From: Histomonas meleagridis 2922-C6/04-290x
Taxonomy: Eukaryota; Protista; Parabasalia
Direction of reading: 5' to 3'
Assembly (NCBI GenBank): GCA_020184695.1
Contig: JAANOX010000042.1
Span: 124,001-188,000 of the forward strand
DNA length: 64,000 bases
Position numbers and translations under genes: made by a program. Positions 21,901-32,235 of the stretch are shown piece after piece (position 1 is the stretch's first letter; every line of letters begins with the position of its first letter). The notes below the pieces were generated by a model. It did no database searches and was not told where the DNA came from. It saw nothing but the letters and a program-made list of their open reading frames with translations.

Positions 21901-24230
21901 TCTATATCATCGACGAAAGTTTTTAATTTTTTAGGCATTAACAACAAAAATTTTTGGGTGGAATCAGCAATTATATCAGGAATTTTCCTTAATAATGAAG
22001 GAGCTCTTTGAACTTCTTCATCAGATATACGACCTTCACGATTTAAATTCCGTAATTTTGGTATAGAAGTAGTAATAGCATTAATTAATTTTTGCCGTAA
22101 ATGTATATTAAGTTTTGAAACCCATTCATCAAAATTTTGTGCAAAAATATTATATAATTCTCTTAATGTAGGAGCCATAAGTTCTTCTGATTCTATTCCT
22201 GGTATAAATAATGCGCACCATTCATTAATATTATTTTTATCTAAATCGAATAATGAATAAAAATGAAGTGCCAAAATTGAAATTTGTGCTTCGAATTTAT
22301 GGTTTTGACTTAATTTTGTTAATGTTGAAGGAAACAAAAAACTATTTTTCTTTAATTGTATCATAAATTTATTTAATTTTAATGATTGTTTATAACGTTT
22401 AATATCATCCAAAATCATTATTAATAATTTATAAGAATAATCATTAAAAGAAAATAAAGACTTTAATATAAAATTATATAATTCAAATTGTGCTTGTTGA
22501 TTTTCTATTTGGTTTGATGAATCAATAATAAAAGTATCTCTAAAAACTATTCGAATAATTTCAAGTAAATTTAATGTTGGAGGATTAAACAATTCATCGA
22601 AATGTTTATTTATTGTTTGAAAAAATATAGTATGATAATTTTGAGGATTTTTTAATCTTTTCATTAATAATTTATGTACTAATAAATGATAAGTATGATA
22701 ACTTTTTGTTGGCAAAAGTAAAATTAAATTTTGTCGGAAATATAACGCTTGAAATGAATAATAAAAAGAAGAAATTATTATATCAAAATAATTAATTATA
22801 TGATCTGTCTTTTTTTTAAATTCAAATGAATTTACATGTTGTGAATTTAAAGGGCCGAAATTTTTGTTTTCGGATGGAATTACAGATAAATACCCAATTA
22901 TATCCAAGAAAAAATTCATATATTTAGTTAATTGATGATAAATATCAATTCTTTGTATACAATTATCTAAATTAATTTCATTCGATTCATTATTTGCTTC
23001 TGATATAAGACCACAAATAAATTTAAAGAATTGAAAATGCGCAGATATCCATGTGATAGGTTCGAACTTATATTTCTTTTCATTAAATGTCTTAAGATTA
23101 ATTTTCATTAGGCTAAAACTTGATATTAAATCTGTTAAAATGGAATTTATAAAATTCGAATTGTTTTTGATTATATCAGATGAAAATAATTTAAACGTAA
23201 GATCAAATACTTTCATTTGAATCCCAGAGTATATCTCAAATGAACTATATAATGGCCATGTATAACTTAATATATAACGCAAGTTTTCAACAGATTTTGC
23301 GGTGTCCGAATAGATTAAGATTAACGCAATTAAATATATATGGATTTTGCGACTATGAATAAATGGTAAATGATCAACAAATGGTAAAATTATAAGTGTT
23401 TGATCTTTAAAATAATTAATAAAGTCTTTATTACTTTTATCAATTGTAATTAATATCGAACAAACTAATAAATAATTTTGTAAAATATGTGAATATATAA
23501 CTGAATTAGGTATAAGATCCCCAAATTTTACAAGTTCATTAAAGGTTTCTTTGGTTGGATGAATTTGTTTTTCCATAAGTCGTGAGATAAAACGTAATGA
23601 TTTAGAACATACTAATTCATACTCTTGAATAATAGTTGAGCTTTGCTTTAATGCAGTTAAGGAAGATTTGGCAAGTTTAGTAAGTTGTGAAATAAAGTCT
23701 GGTATTGAGCTTTTTAAATCTTTTGATATGGAAATTAACATCGGCCTAAAAGATGAGACAAAAGAAATAAAAATATTAATATTTATCAAAGATATATTAT
23801 TTGTACACTTTTGAAAATATTTATAAGTCCAATTAATAAAAAATAATAAACGATTTTGATCTTTGCTGTATGTATTAAAATAATCACAAATGTTGGAATA
23901 AGATATTTCTAAAGGAATTCCAGTTGAGTTTTCTAAATATTTGAATTCTAAATCAATTATTTTTTTCATTAGATCAGTTTCAATTAATGATGGACGAATA
24001 GAGCCTAATAATTGAAGAGACTTAATTTGGTACATTTGTTGAGTATCATTTAATGTTTTATTATTTATTAGAAAAAAATCTAATTGATCTATTAAAAAAG
24101 GAAAAATTGATTTTATTTTATAACTATATTCGGAATCTAGTGAAAAAGATAGGATATCTCTGATGGTACTTAGTAATTCGTCTGATATTTGGGAATTTTG
24201 GTTTATATTGAAGAAATCTTGGGTATTCAT
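15981..24230 (-). CDS. TRRAP: TRRAP/Tra1-like PIKK pseudokinase (SAGA/NuA4 scaffold), 2749 aa
   Basis: Very long HEAT/FAT helical protein. PIKK-like C-terminus (GEIKRFLI; FARQSFASHISFISLLNMLL; TPQI) lacks the kinase DRH/DFG motifs. FATC-like end LLNHLIESAENVFYAQPVGMSWI. Confidence 0.8.
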   Translation of the reverse strand: MNTQDFFNINQNSQISDELLSTIRDILSFSLDSEYSYKIKSIFPFLIDQLDFFLINNKTLNDTQQMYQIKSLQLLGSIRPSLIETDLMKKIIDLEFKYLENSTGIPLEISYSNICDYFNTYSKDQNRLLFFINWTYKYFQKCTNNISLININIFISFVSSFRPMLISISKDLKSSIPDFISQLTKLAKSSLTALKQSSTIIQEYELVCSKSLRFISRLMEKQIHPTKETFNELVKFGDLIPNSVIYSHILQNYLLVCSILITIDKSNKDFINYFKDQTLIILPFVDHLPFIHSRKIHIYLIALILIYSDTAKSVENLRYILSYTWPLYSSFEIYSGIQMKVFDLTFKLFSSDIIKNNSNFINSILTDLISSFSLMKINLKTFNEKKYKFEPITWISAHFQFFKFICGLISEANNESNEINLDNCIQRIDIYHQLTKYMNFFLDIIGYLSVIPSENKNFGPLNSQHVNSFEFKKKTDHIINYFDIIISSFYYSFQALYFRQNLILLLPTKSYHTYHLLVHKLLMKRLKNPQNYHTIFFQTINKHFDELFNPPTLNLLEIIRIVFRDTFIIDSSNQIENQQAQFELYNFILKSLFSFNDYSYKLLIMILDDIKRYKQSLKLNKFMIQLKKNSFLFPSTLTKLSQNHKFEAQISILALHFYSLFDLDKNNINEWCALFIPGIESEELMAPTLRELYNIFAQNFDEWVSKLNIHLRQKLINAITTSIPKLRNLNREGRISDEEVQRAPSLLRKIPDIIADSTQKFLLLMPKKLKTFVDDIEIDVDIFLGAIKKAQNEIPSMEFLKKLFFSLINNLSFIDVCGSHQVEEICDLLTVEDNSFFINNIDNIDPNNFYKFLYFYVKYCKNMNDIQIYDPINCIQQFLYLCYKSNTSIPALKIIETLLPNIEFSNYFIKINLVIIQSAKYDFITCKNIIDIILGKLYESNFKVQISEELSKQYYFICSIPNRKTHKLGLYALKSLERNQLIPQFISNHRQIIIKDIAKFLIQKKLHWHQAVFVLYKPFDDIHDHSIIIRNLIDIIKHFQTEYFPLEILNVTKYIHMNEHTINFFILRFIFKLIANLIVFLNNQQQTQQIWEYLLNILRDDKFIDFYLYFLKKLKKTISFSPNNQIPHPNDCTFLFRQNIQISLGDLKFIYLLVQSGIKFDNLQQYLHFCLSFIIKSLKTNSNNAKKLKVIFKIISANMNPLNNIIQLSFEITEILIANDYYSIPPLYLIAKKFPQQIYDCFKSRFSNEWKNYTIKLLTDLLTNKELIQFQEICINNDIFSLASKNKEEKDFLINCTLKCLQKISSNCTKMIYDKIFQILKTFSNFFEKKNKFIMYKPTLFHYIIKIIIPKQNELIDIKKLVNYIIQEPFLFSRNIFIIKLMNKLKEINENSIFIQELYNIKINNIYSEMFKWELIYNFYDTFQDEIPETLEIGYVNMNQKTSLPSYLTIYYSSLIGIIKNNVYIQDYETNPIIYLNSNLHALGIIYNIIPLNSILTVYRFFYISKVFHDLNYYNQEELTNLFYNLNNSLPYFSKSPSFSFKMIPQSISIFTPEISHFLCTFSSLNLYSNVATPEYYFLIFLPLIFKQVNITDQRINNRIFELFLVSLLFISQKQNDNINFFINNYPAGITEILKYTDFSSIDLNKLDTFFTKINSLTINENQSKSNMIYLLISSLSPIFHLINKPIPNALHPKIYFGFQYNEDFSLVYQKVVTNILLNSYHLQKSYLNDLFIELQQKFVHVPEPLRTSFSTICYWISNIPLNKKQLTEISIFLNIFKPTDEHKCKIELMNLKHPLHYKVEEFIYKMVIEEFPQLLEFVQNLSTTTSIFSQHSEDINNTLYQTNWYNIPIEIHPHLLAKYLLTNEMGIYIRYLTLEQIKLTISISLNNINISEFAKFYISMFPKSELNDSFVTSYLLFNGYPLPNQYIYTNIHYLEKRNLYDDSLGILKEKFPKYFTAATYHQLSNFNAAKTYYLKVMSENHEIYFYGLCQLRNSVINSSIKLLDLPFEMYTNSRNELIFPFLQNYGTLNENLLTSFFSSTYLPIIFRYNLIKTVFLARNYLQQRNMQFNSSEMIKILSNFPTKFIDKQTSIISNYCLKLSLHQNLEFNSDPNNINEIYRTYNNLSKLFMLSGSIRNSLKLFSRSLLYHNRKSFNVTKENIPYVYRFLSKNNNNKINSLPLENLHIKYSLKLFDFYSIKQESFKNYLNSKRLFQILVTLITLNPSLIKDPITCFTFIQRELLKSNAPNNIYLMSLIIVLLRTYKPLQQYFQIFFTKGLNDEIKETWLRFLPQLFSLTNQLPSEFLIELFQRNPIYFNLNLHLYAPRTQYFNDIKKELDALPERRQVNDYENAFSWIKNCKDDVFNFFNAIRAHYFLYQCFANKKLIPIPKEFQNIGNDIESIVNFCLEHKLVFKTNNSNIEYHSLNGFRFPTLDSMRILSIFMNTVESEESVLNFLTNTGEIKRFLITSPHIYHFTSSEHMFMLGMLRLLRKNISNKTHSNYVFYPHSSIQINSYMILVQYDNFVCYKNFSHDSDILLNLYENFKNEEIPQTNDPLSIKRRKTTDIPNDIILNWFYKSTKGSLVDFIFARQSFASHISFISLLNMLLNAQCLSNISSLMLSNNGMCMCMPNFFSEKMALYQFQPLTPQIKMVLPKFVLLGTFSSVWHNSIEALRSNEDTFGIYLRALHPSVDNIDERWRSIMDKLDKLMVMNSEVEDNSDEPFPFLLLNHLIESAENVFYAQPVGMSWI

Positions 24231-24235
24231 CAGAT

Positions 24236-24243
24236 TAACGGTT
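24236..24243 (-). promoter_or_regulatory. AACCGTTA M3-like motif just upstream of the TRRAP start
   Basis: Minus-strand AACCGTTA ends 5 nt before the ATG and fits DRCSGYTD. Confidence 0.35.
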
Positions 24244-25107
24244 TTGATAAAAGTGTCACTCGTCTATCGGCTGACTATTCAAGGGTTCGTCAAAATCACA
24301 TTTCATTGGGTCTGGCATTTTTCTGAATAAAATATTATCTATCATATCCTGATATTCTGATTGAATTTATAATATAAAATCTAATATCGAATGTTATATT
24401 TATAACTGTGCCTAGACAACCTATCAACAATGCTGTAAATTCCTAATTTATATGAATCAAATAATAGCTACAGTTTGCAGTACAAACCATTGAAAATATC
24501 TGTCGATAAATTAAATGACGAATTGAATTTCTAATCTGATATCCTAATTATAATAATAATAATAGATTTTATTACATATTTTATGTTATATAATTTAAAT
24601 TTACGAAACAAACAACAAGCTACATGATTAAAACTCATTTTTGATGTATGCAAAAATCGTTTGAGAGATGGACGTTATCAATGACAAAAGTCACTTAACC
24701 TCTAGAAAAAGTGATAGTTTTCAGACAAAAACGTTTTTGGCGGCATATTTTAACGTACACCCTCATACAAAAGCATGTTTGAAATTGATAGAATCATAAA
24801 TATGTCAACCTGGTAATTCACCAAAACGATAATCACTTCACATACTTAATTGACAAAATCTTAAAGAAGATCCAAAGGATTAAATTTAGATTGCACAAAC
24901 AAATAAATATTTCCATGACATAAAAAAGTCGAAAGTTCATGTATTTTACTTCAAAGGAAGTTAATTGGAACTTTATGGTTTCATAAAGCTTTGCTAAAAA
25001 CGTTGAAATAATACTTGTAAAAAAAATTGAGTTGTAATTGAAATTTCTTTTAAAATTTGTTAATTTGAAACCAAAATTTGAAAAAAGTTTTTTACAACAA
25101 ATTATTA

Positions 25108-25926
25108 ATGGCCAAAGAAATCCAACCTGGAGCAATAATCAACAACTACGAAATAATTTCTTTAATTGCCACCACAAACTTTTCAAATGTATATAAAGCA
25201 AATTCGCCAACAAATGGTGAGGTTGCAATCAAAGTAATTAAAAATAATGATATCAAAACTCACGAAATTGAACTCATGAAATCGATAGAATGTCCTTACA
25301 TAATGACAGCCATTGATATTTTTGAGCATGATAATAATAAATGTATCGTTATGCCCTTTGCAGAATATAACGCTCTCTCATACATAAACAAGATCTTACA
25401 AGTATCTGAGGAACCCAGAGAAGAAATAGCAAAACGCATTGTCAAGGCAACACTTGAAGCTTTACACTTTTTGCATTCAAGGAATATTTGCCACAGAGAT
25501 GTCAAAACAGAAAATCTTTTAATATCTGGAAACCTAGATGTTTCTCCTTCAGTAATGCTTTCTGATCTTGGTCTTGCCAAACAAATAGGTGAGGGGAAAA
25601 AATGTGATGATGAGTTTGTAGGCACACTTAAATTTGCTGCACCTGAAATCATCACTCATACTCCGTATGATCAAAGCGCGGATATTTGGTCTCTTGGAGT
25701 TACAACATATTATCTTCTTAGTGGAACATCACCGTTTCCACTTTCACCAGAATGCTGCTTAAGGCGGTGCATAGAAAAAGGAGCATACTTTTACCCTCAA
25801 AGAACATGGAAAGGGATAAGTGAAAAGGCGAAAAATCTTATTGATCGTATGATTTGTGTTGACCCAATCAAAAGAATAACAGCAAAAGAAGCATTAGACC
25901 ACCCATGGTTTGACAAAGAAGAGTAA
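25108..25926 (+). CDS. CAMK-family Ser/Thr protein kinase
   Basis: VAIK, HRDVKTEN, DLG (for DFG), GTLKFAAPE, DIWSLGV and ALDHPWF. Gly-rich loop is degenerate. ATG at 25108. Confidence 0.93.
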   Translation: MAKEIQPGAIINNYEIISLIATTNFSNVYKANSPTNGEVAIKVIKNNDIKTHEIELMKSIECPYIMTAIDIFEHDNNKCIVMPFAEYNALSYINKILQVSEEPREEIAKRIVKATLEALHFLHSRNICHRDVKTENLLISGNLDVSPSVMLSDLGLAKQIGEGKKCDDEFVGTLKFAAPEIITHTPYDQSADIWSLGVTTYYLLSGTSPFPLSPECCLRRCIEKGAYFYPQRTWKGISEKAKNLIDRMICVDPIKRITAKEALDHPWFDKEE

Positions 25927-26301
25927 TAATTTCCTCGGAACTTCTTTTGTGTAAACTTTTAGTGATCGTTATCGTTATCGTTTTTAGAAGTTGAGATATC
26001 ATTGAAAATTGTGTGTGTTTAATTCCTTCGTCGTTTTTAAGCATCTTTTTAAAAATATATTTATTCTTATAATGACATTTTTTATCACAAATTACTTATG
26101 AGTATATAATTACTAAAATATATTGTATATAATATCAAAAATATAAAAAGATATGTCATATGATAAGCCCAAAAAATTTCGAGTAAATTTTTCTATAGCA
26201 AGCAAAGCAGGTGGCGATTGAATGGTTTATGGGTTAATTGAAAAGCTTTTTTTGTAAGATTGAATAAATTTTATATATATAACCTTCCATCATTGGGTTT
26301 G

Positions 26302-27258
26302 ATGAATAGCACCAAAATCGTCAACCTCATTAATAACATAATTACAAAAGGAACTACTAATCTTCTCGTAAGCGAAATCGCTGATCTTTGCCAAAAAGCT
26401 TCTTCAATTTTTCTTCAAGAGGATTCATTATTGGAACTTCAGCCACCTATAAATGTTTGTGGTGATATTCATGGCGAACTAAATGACATTATCGCTCTTT
26501 TTCAAGTTGGTGGTTTTAATCTTAACACTAAGTACTTATTTTTAGGTGATTACGTTGATCGTGGGGAAAATGGCTTCGAAGTATTTTGTCTTTTAATTGC
26601 ACTCAAAATCCAATTTCCTAATAACATATTTTTGTTAAGAGGAAATCATGAATGTGAAGAAATTTCACAATACTGTGACTTTGCATCTGAAGTTGAAAGC
26701 AAAGTTTCAGCATCCGCACTTCCACATTTTTACAAAGTTTTTGATTCCTTACCAATTGCCGCCATTATATCAAATCGAGTTTTTTGTGTACATGGTGGGA
26801 TATCACCAGAGCTTGTGTCACTAGAACAAATCAAGTCCATCAAGCGCCCAATCAAAGTCCCTAAATCAGGTCTTTTAACAGATCTTCTTTGGTCAGATCC
26901 ATCATCAGATATCGAAGAATGGGGGCAAAACCCACGTGGCTCATCATACCTATGGGGCTTGAATCCAGCCAAAAGATTTCTTCAATCTAACCAGCTTTGT
27001 ATGATTCTCCGTGGTCATCAAGTCGCTGCGAGTGGCATTGACATTCCGTTTTCGCCCGATGTAACAGTTGTAACAGTTTTCACATCGTCTTCTGCTGCAA
27101 ATCAGAACATTGCTGCATTTCTTAAGGTGAACGTTGACAGTACACTCGAATGTATTCAACTTCCGAAAGTACAAATGGCGAATTCGTTTGTTACTAACGA
27201 GGAAGAAGAAGAAAATGGAATTGTCAAAAACAAAAAATGTGAATATGTTTCATACTAA
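26302..27258 (+). CDS. PPP-family Ser/Thr phosphatase, PP1-like
   Basis: GDIHG, GDYVDRG, RGNHE, HGG, DLLWSDP and RGHQ motifs. ATG at 26302. Confidence 0.95.
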   Translation: MNSTKIVNLINNIITKGTTNLLVSEIADLCQKASSIFLQEDSLLELQPPINVCGDIHGELNDIIALFQVGGFNLNTKYLFLGDYVDRGENGFEVFCLLIALKIQFPNNIFLLRGNHECEEISQYCDFASEVESKVSASALPHFYKVFDSLPIAAIISNRVFCVHGGISPELVSLEQIKSIKRPIKVPKSGLLTDLLWSDPSSDIEEWGQNPRGSSYLWGLNPAKRFLQSNQLCMILRGHQVAASGIDIPFSPDVTVVTVFTSSSAANQNIAAFLKVNVDSTLECIQLPKVQMANSFVTNEEEEENGIVKNKKCEYVSY

Positions 27259-27817
27259 GACAAATATCTGTGTGTTAATAAATAGTTATTTTATTGTAAT
27301 ATAAATTATTTATATTTTATCTTTAAAGCAAAAGAAAATAAAATTTATGTGCATTAACAAATATATATTCCGTTAATGGAAATACAACAAACTTTCGGTT
27401 TCTCAACCAAATAGTTCGAACAGGGACAATCACTTTTTTTCGTTTAGTTCAAGTGTTGCTAAAAAATAAATGAATTCATTTATTGGTCTACAAGATGTAG
27501 TTCATATCCACAAATAATGATTTGATTCTGTGTTGTTTAAAATTTTGGAATTTTTTTTCTTCGAATGATTTGGTGCTTTCCTAAAATGCAAATGCATTAT
27601 ATATATTTAATAAATTAAAAAAGACTTCTAAATCATCATCATAATTATTAACAATAACAATATTTCATTGTTCAAAAATTATCTTCTTTCATTAAACAAG
27701 TACATTCCATTGATTTTTCGCAAAATTAATATAAAAAACAAAAATTTTCTCGTAACATAAATTTATTTATTTCCCCATTACTATTAAGTGCTTATTAATC
27801 AACATACAAAATATTTT

Positions 27818-30800
27818 TTATTTCAACTGTTCCTCCATTGCTTCTTCTGCGTTAATGATCACCAATCTAATAAATATACCCAAGAACTTCTTCGGTATCA
27901 AAATGTTTGGATAGAACATTCCGAAGTCCAATTTCTGGTCCTTTTGCATCGACACCCTTACGAACGTTGGGTTTACTATTTCCAACACTACGTGCAACTT
28001 AATTTGGTAATCTTTAAAGTCGTCGATATTAACTTCGAAAGGGTTTTCATTCCAAATGATCAAGATGAAACTCGCTCTAATGTAATCCCATCTTTTCATT
28101 TGCGAATCTGCAGAATCAGGATCCAAAAAAGGTGCGACTTGAAAATATATTTTATTACGATCATTTTCCCAATATAATGTTTTATTACCAGAAATCATTA
28201 ATTTGGGTAAACCAAGGAAAGAAAACTCATTATTTATATCAGTAATTTTCCCAATACTTTTTAGGAAGGAATAAAAGTTATATGATATATCATTAATACC
28301 AATTTCTAAAATTTCCGATTTCTCTTTTTTATTAAAACCGGAATATATTATACTCACATTATAATTTTTATTTCCACTCATTTTTATACGATTTATTGAG
28401 TTCTCATTTATATCCTCATATTTAAAATTATCTAATTTATTTTCAATCCCATCAACAAATAAAAGTGATGACGGAATATTCGAAAGGAATTTTTCGATAT
28501 TATTTTCATTATTATTATGATTAACATTATTATTATTATTTTCATTGTTATCATTCGAAACTTCGACTTGAAATGTTGCTAAATTAGTTGTAAATGCAAA
28601 TGAATTTATGTTTTCTCCAGAACTAATTAAGTAATCAGGTTTTTCATGTATGAAATAAGGAGGCTGAAGTTGAATATTTTGGATGTTATTTGATTTATAA
28701 TAATGTTTTAGAAAGAAATCAAATTCATTAGAAAAATAAGTTAAATCATTTTTAGATGTTACAACGTTATCATAAACAGCAGTTAATAATGATATACAAT
28801 ATTGGAAAGTAGTTTTTTCATTTTTTGAAGCTAACATTAAATCAATTGAATATTTGGTACCTAAATCACATTGATTCGAATTATCAGAGAAGAATAATGT
28901 ACTAATTTTAGAGTTTACCATTTTAAGGAAATCTTCATTCTTCGATTTAATTTTATCATAAAATTGTGGTAACAATGTTAATAATGATAAAAATGATCGT
29001 TGATATGTTATGTTTAATTCTAAATAAGATTTAAAGATATCAATTAATTCTTCATTATTATCCGATAATAAAATATCATAAAGAATTAAAAGGAAAATCG
29101 TTTTATGGATTTTATTATCATCTTTTCGATGTGATAAATATTTTAATACTTGTAAAGTATTATTAATGAATAAATTATTATCCAAAAAGTTTCGTAATAT
29201 TAATTTATCCGATTCATTTGGTATCGAATCAATTATTTCTTTTGGATAATTCTTAAAATTCACACATTTAGCTACAAAGTATTCAACACATAAATATGAA
29301 TGAATATTAGGCACAGTATGTACATTTAATTGATTTAATAATATAGAAATAAATGGTATTAGTCCAAGTGAATAAGGACAACCTGATAAAACAGTTTCGA
29401 TTGCTGAATTAACGATGTCCAAATGTAATTCTTTATTAGTCGAAAAACAATACATTTGTAATACTTTAAACCAATGTATTGATAATGATTTACTCATATA
29501 ACCTTTCTTCCGTGATAATTGTACTATCTTAGAACATATCGGAAAGACAAAATTAGAATTACATTTCTCATTTAATAAAGATTCAAATAAAACAGGTAAA
29601 ATTCGTCCAAATAAAAACTTTGGATTTGCTGTTTTCGTTGTATTAATTATATCATAAAAAACATTTGCTATTGATGCTGATAACATAAATTTAAGTTTCT
29701 CATCACAGACATCAATAATTTGAAATATTAATCGTTTTGCTTCTTTTTTAGGAAATCCAATTCCATTAATATCATAAAAGAAATAACATAAATTATTCGG
29801 GAAACTATAGTTAAGTCTTTCATGGACTAACATCACTGGATTATTAATAAAAACTTCGGATTCTTTTAGATTTAAATCAAATAAACTTTTAGATAATGCA
29901 TATGCTATTTGTGACCCTATAACTCCATTAAACTTAATGAATGTTTCGAAACTTTCTTTGTTACTTTGTAATAATTTATACATAAAATCAAAGAATAAAT
30001 CAAAATCAGCTGTTTCAATTTCCATTTTATCAAATACAATTATGAAATAAATAGGTAAAAATAAATATATTAAATCACGATTTTGTATTTGTGCAATTAA
30101 TGTATATGTTAATATCTTTTGTATAAAGTTATCTTGCGTATCATAATTTAAGATTTCACGTATTAATACTCTTAATCGTAATAAATGTCCATATGTTAAA
30201 GCTAAATAATATATCATATCATTTCGAATTGTTACTTTCTTTAAGAGTTCAACTAATTGTGGTAAGATATTTAAAGCTGGTTCAATAATATTAACAAATA
30301 ATTGTGCTTGATTATTTGTCTTGATATTACTAATACTACTTAAGTTTAAAGATATGGGTGATGTAGCTTTAAAATATGATAAGTATTCAGGATGCATTTG
30401 TGTGAAGGGAACGTTAATGTATAAACTATTCAATTTGTCGCGGATGATTTTCACCGAAAAAATGTTCTTTGGTTCAAACCCATCACAAGTAAATAGGGAC
30501 GGGAAAAGATATTTGTAGAAAGTTATGACGTTCTTATATTCAGATGGTTCTGAAGAAGCAATTTTTACCAAGTTAAGCGCAAATTGGAATAAAAATAAGC
30601 CTTCATTACATGTAATGAAATTTTGCTTGTCATCACGATACCTTTTGAGAATGGATAAAAGGGAATGAAAAAGAATTACTTCGAATGGTTGAGATAAATC
30701 ACGCCATTGTTTGATTTTTGGATAAATATAATCACTTATTAATTTCCACCAGTAATAAAGTTGTGCTCTTTCATTACACCTTGAAATCTCTTCTGCAATG

Positions 30801-31234
30801 AAGCTAAGTTGATGAATTAAAAATTTATTGGATGAATCTTGAAGTTTTGATTTTTTGTATTGTGCAAACGGACAAAATGAGCGTTCAAAAAATACATTCC
30901 AGTCTATGTCAGTAATGCAAGTATGATCCCAATTTTTTTCTGTCAATTTAACAAAGCTAATAAAAGCATCATTTCTAATATCTTCATCCATTCCAGGAAT
31001 AACAAGATCAGCCAGAACATTTAAAGCAGCCTGAAAAAATCCAGTTGGTTTTTCACACATTTCTCTTGAAACTTCAATAATATAGTTAAGTTTGGATCGA
31101 ACAATTGATTTGAAATTTTTCTTCCTTGATTTTATTGATTTTGCCATATAAGAATGAGCAAATTCACTTAGTTCTTTTAAAATTTTAGTTGGATCATCAA
31201 TTTGAGTTTTTTCATGATCAATGAGTTTTAACAT
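27818..31234 (-). CDS. Rap/Ran-GAP domain protein (RalGAP/tuberin-like)
   Basis: C-terminal YNVSIIYSGFNKKEKSEIL...FYSFLKSIG...YWENDRNKIYFQVAPFLD...KRWDYIRASFILIIWNE matches the RapGAP fold, preceded by a long helical N-terminus. Confidence 0.75.
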   Translation of the reverse strand: MLKLIDHEKTQIDDPTKILKELSEFAHSYMAKSIKSRKKNFKSIVRSKLNYIIEVSREMCEKPTGFFQAALNVLADLVIPGMDEDIRNDAFISFVKLTEKNWDHTCITDIDWNVFFERSFCPFAQYKKSKLQDSSNKFLIHQLSFIAEEISRCNERAQLYYWWKLISDYIYPKIKQWRDLSQPFEVILFHSLLSILKRYRDDKQNFITCNEGLFLFQFALNLVKIASSEPSEYKNVITFYKYLFPSLFTCDGFEPKNIFSVKIIRDKLNSLYINVPFTQMHPEYLSYFKATSPISLNLSSISNIKTNNQAQLFVNIIEPALNILPQLVELLKKVTIRNDMIYYLALTYGHLLRLRVLIREILNYDTQDNFIQKILTYTLIAQIQNRDLIYLFLPIYFIIVFDKMEIETADFDLFFDFMYKLLQSNKESFETFIKFNGVIGSQIAYALSKSLFDLNLKESEVFINNPVMLVHERLNYSFPNNLCYFFYDINGIGFPKKEAKRLIFQIIDVCDEKLKFMLSASIANVFYDIINTTKTANPKFLFGRILPVLFESLLNEKCNSNFVFPICSKIVQLSRKKGYMSKSLSIHWFKVLQMYCFSTNKELHLDIVNSAIETVLSGCPYSLGLIPFISILLNQLNVHTVPNIHSYLCVEYFVAKCVNFKNYPKEIIDSIPNESDKLILRNFLDNNLFINNTLQVLKYLSHRKDDNKIHKTIFLLILYDILLSDNNEELIDIFKSYLELNITYQRSFLSLLTLLPQFYDKIKSKNEDFLKMVNSKISTLFFSDNSNQCDLGTKYSIDLMLASKNEKTTFQYCISLLTAVYDNVVTSKNDLTYFSNEFDFFLKHYYKSNNIQNIQLQPPYFIHEKPDYLISSGENINSFAFTTNLATFQVEVSNDNNENNNNNVNHNNNENNIEKFLSNIPSSLLFVDGIENKLDNFKYEDINENSINRIKMSGNKNYNVSIIYSGFNKKEKSEILEIGINDISYNFYSFLKSIGKITDINNEFSFLGLPKLMISGNKTLYWENDRNKIYFQVAPFLDPDSADSQMKRWDYIRASFILIIWNENPFEVNIDDFKDYQIKLHVVLEIVNPTFVRVSMQKDQKLDFGMFYPNILIPKKFLGIFIRLVIINAEEAMEEQLK

Positions 31235-31836
31235 ACGATGGAGTAAAACTAAACGTTCTCTTTGGTGTATTTAACAACAACGATTATTTTCAGTTGAAAA
31301 TACTTTTGAAGACAACCGTTCCAAAATGCATTCAGTCGCCTTATCGTTCTTTTTATACAAAAATGTTTTTGGAAGGAAAGCTCCCACACTATGAATAAAT
31401 CAATGTGTAAATGTGTTTAATTTTCATTTGCTTTTATAACATTTTAAATTTTTTTTTTATTAAGATATATGAATATCATGAAATTTGAAAATATGAAAAA
31501 CTTGAATTGATAAGATTCTCCTACCTATTTGTTTTTATTTCTGCTCACCATTTTTTATACATTATATTTTATAAAATATAATATATTAATATTGATTACA
31601 TTCCAAATGTATAAAAACTTTCTTTTATATTTTTACATCTTTAATCCATTAAGTTATGAGTGCCTTTGTGTTGGATCAATTGTTTTCCTTTTCCAATTCC
31701 TTCTATGGCCGTTGGAAAGCTTGAAAGCGGTGCTTATCAATGTTCTGACAAATTATACGATTTGTATGTTTTATATTAGCGTAAAATATTGAAAAAAACA
31801 TTTCTGTCATAATATCTATTTTTCGGTCAATTTTTG

Positions 31837-32235
31837 ATGTTTTCAGAAGAAAATTATCACAAAAAGTCGCTAAGCTTAAACCTCATTGTTCGAATGGGAA
31901 GGCATAAAAAAACATTCACACCAAGACATCAAATAATATTTGCACCGAACTTGATTTTCTATGTTTTAAATTTTTCACATGGAAAATTTACTAAAGAAGC
32001 AGAAAGCATGTTATTAGAGATTAGTAAATTAAGAATTAAATACAAAAATTCTAACAAAGAAAAGGACGCAACAGAAGGAATCGCAAAAGACAATTTATAT
32101 CCTGGTTGTGGAAAGAATGATCAATGTACAAAATATTTTTCTTCTTGTTATGATAATTTTAACTTTGATGAAGAATTAAATGATATCACTGACTCACAGT
32201 TAGATCATTTCACATATGAAGATTGGGATCAATAA
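31837..32235 (+). CDS. Short hypothetical protein
   Basis: Open frame of about 132 aa with a basic N-terminal part (MGRHKK from 31894) and an acidic tail. No recognisable family. Confidence 0.3.
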   Translation: MFSEENYHKKSLSLNLIVRMGRHKKTFTPRHQIIFAPNLIFYVLNFSHGKFTKEAESMLLEISKLRIKYKNSNKEKDATEGIAKDNLYPGCGKNDQCTKYFSSCYDNFNFDEELNDITDSQLDHFTYEDWDQ

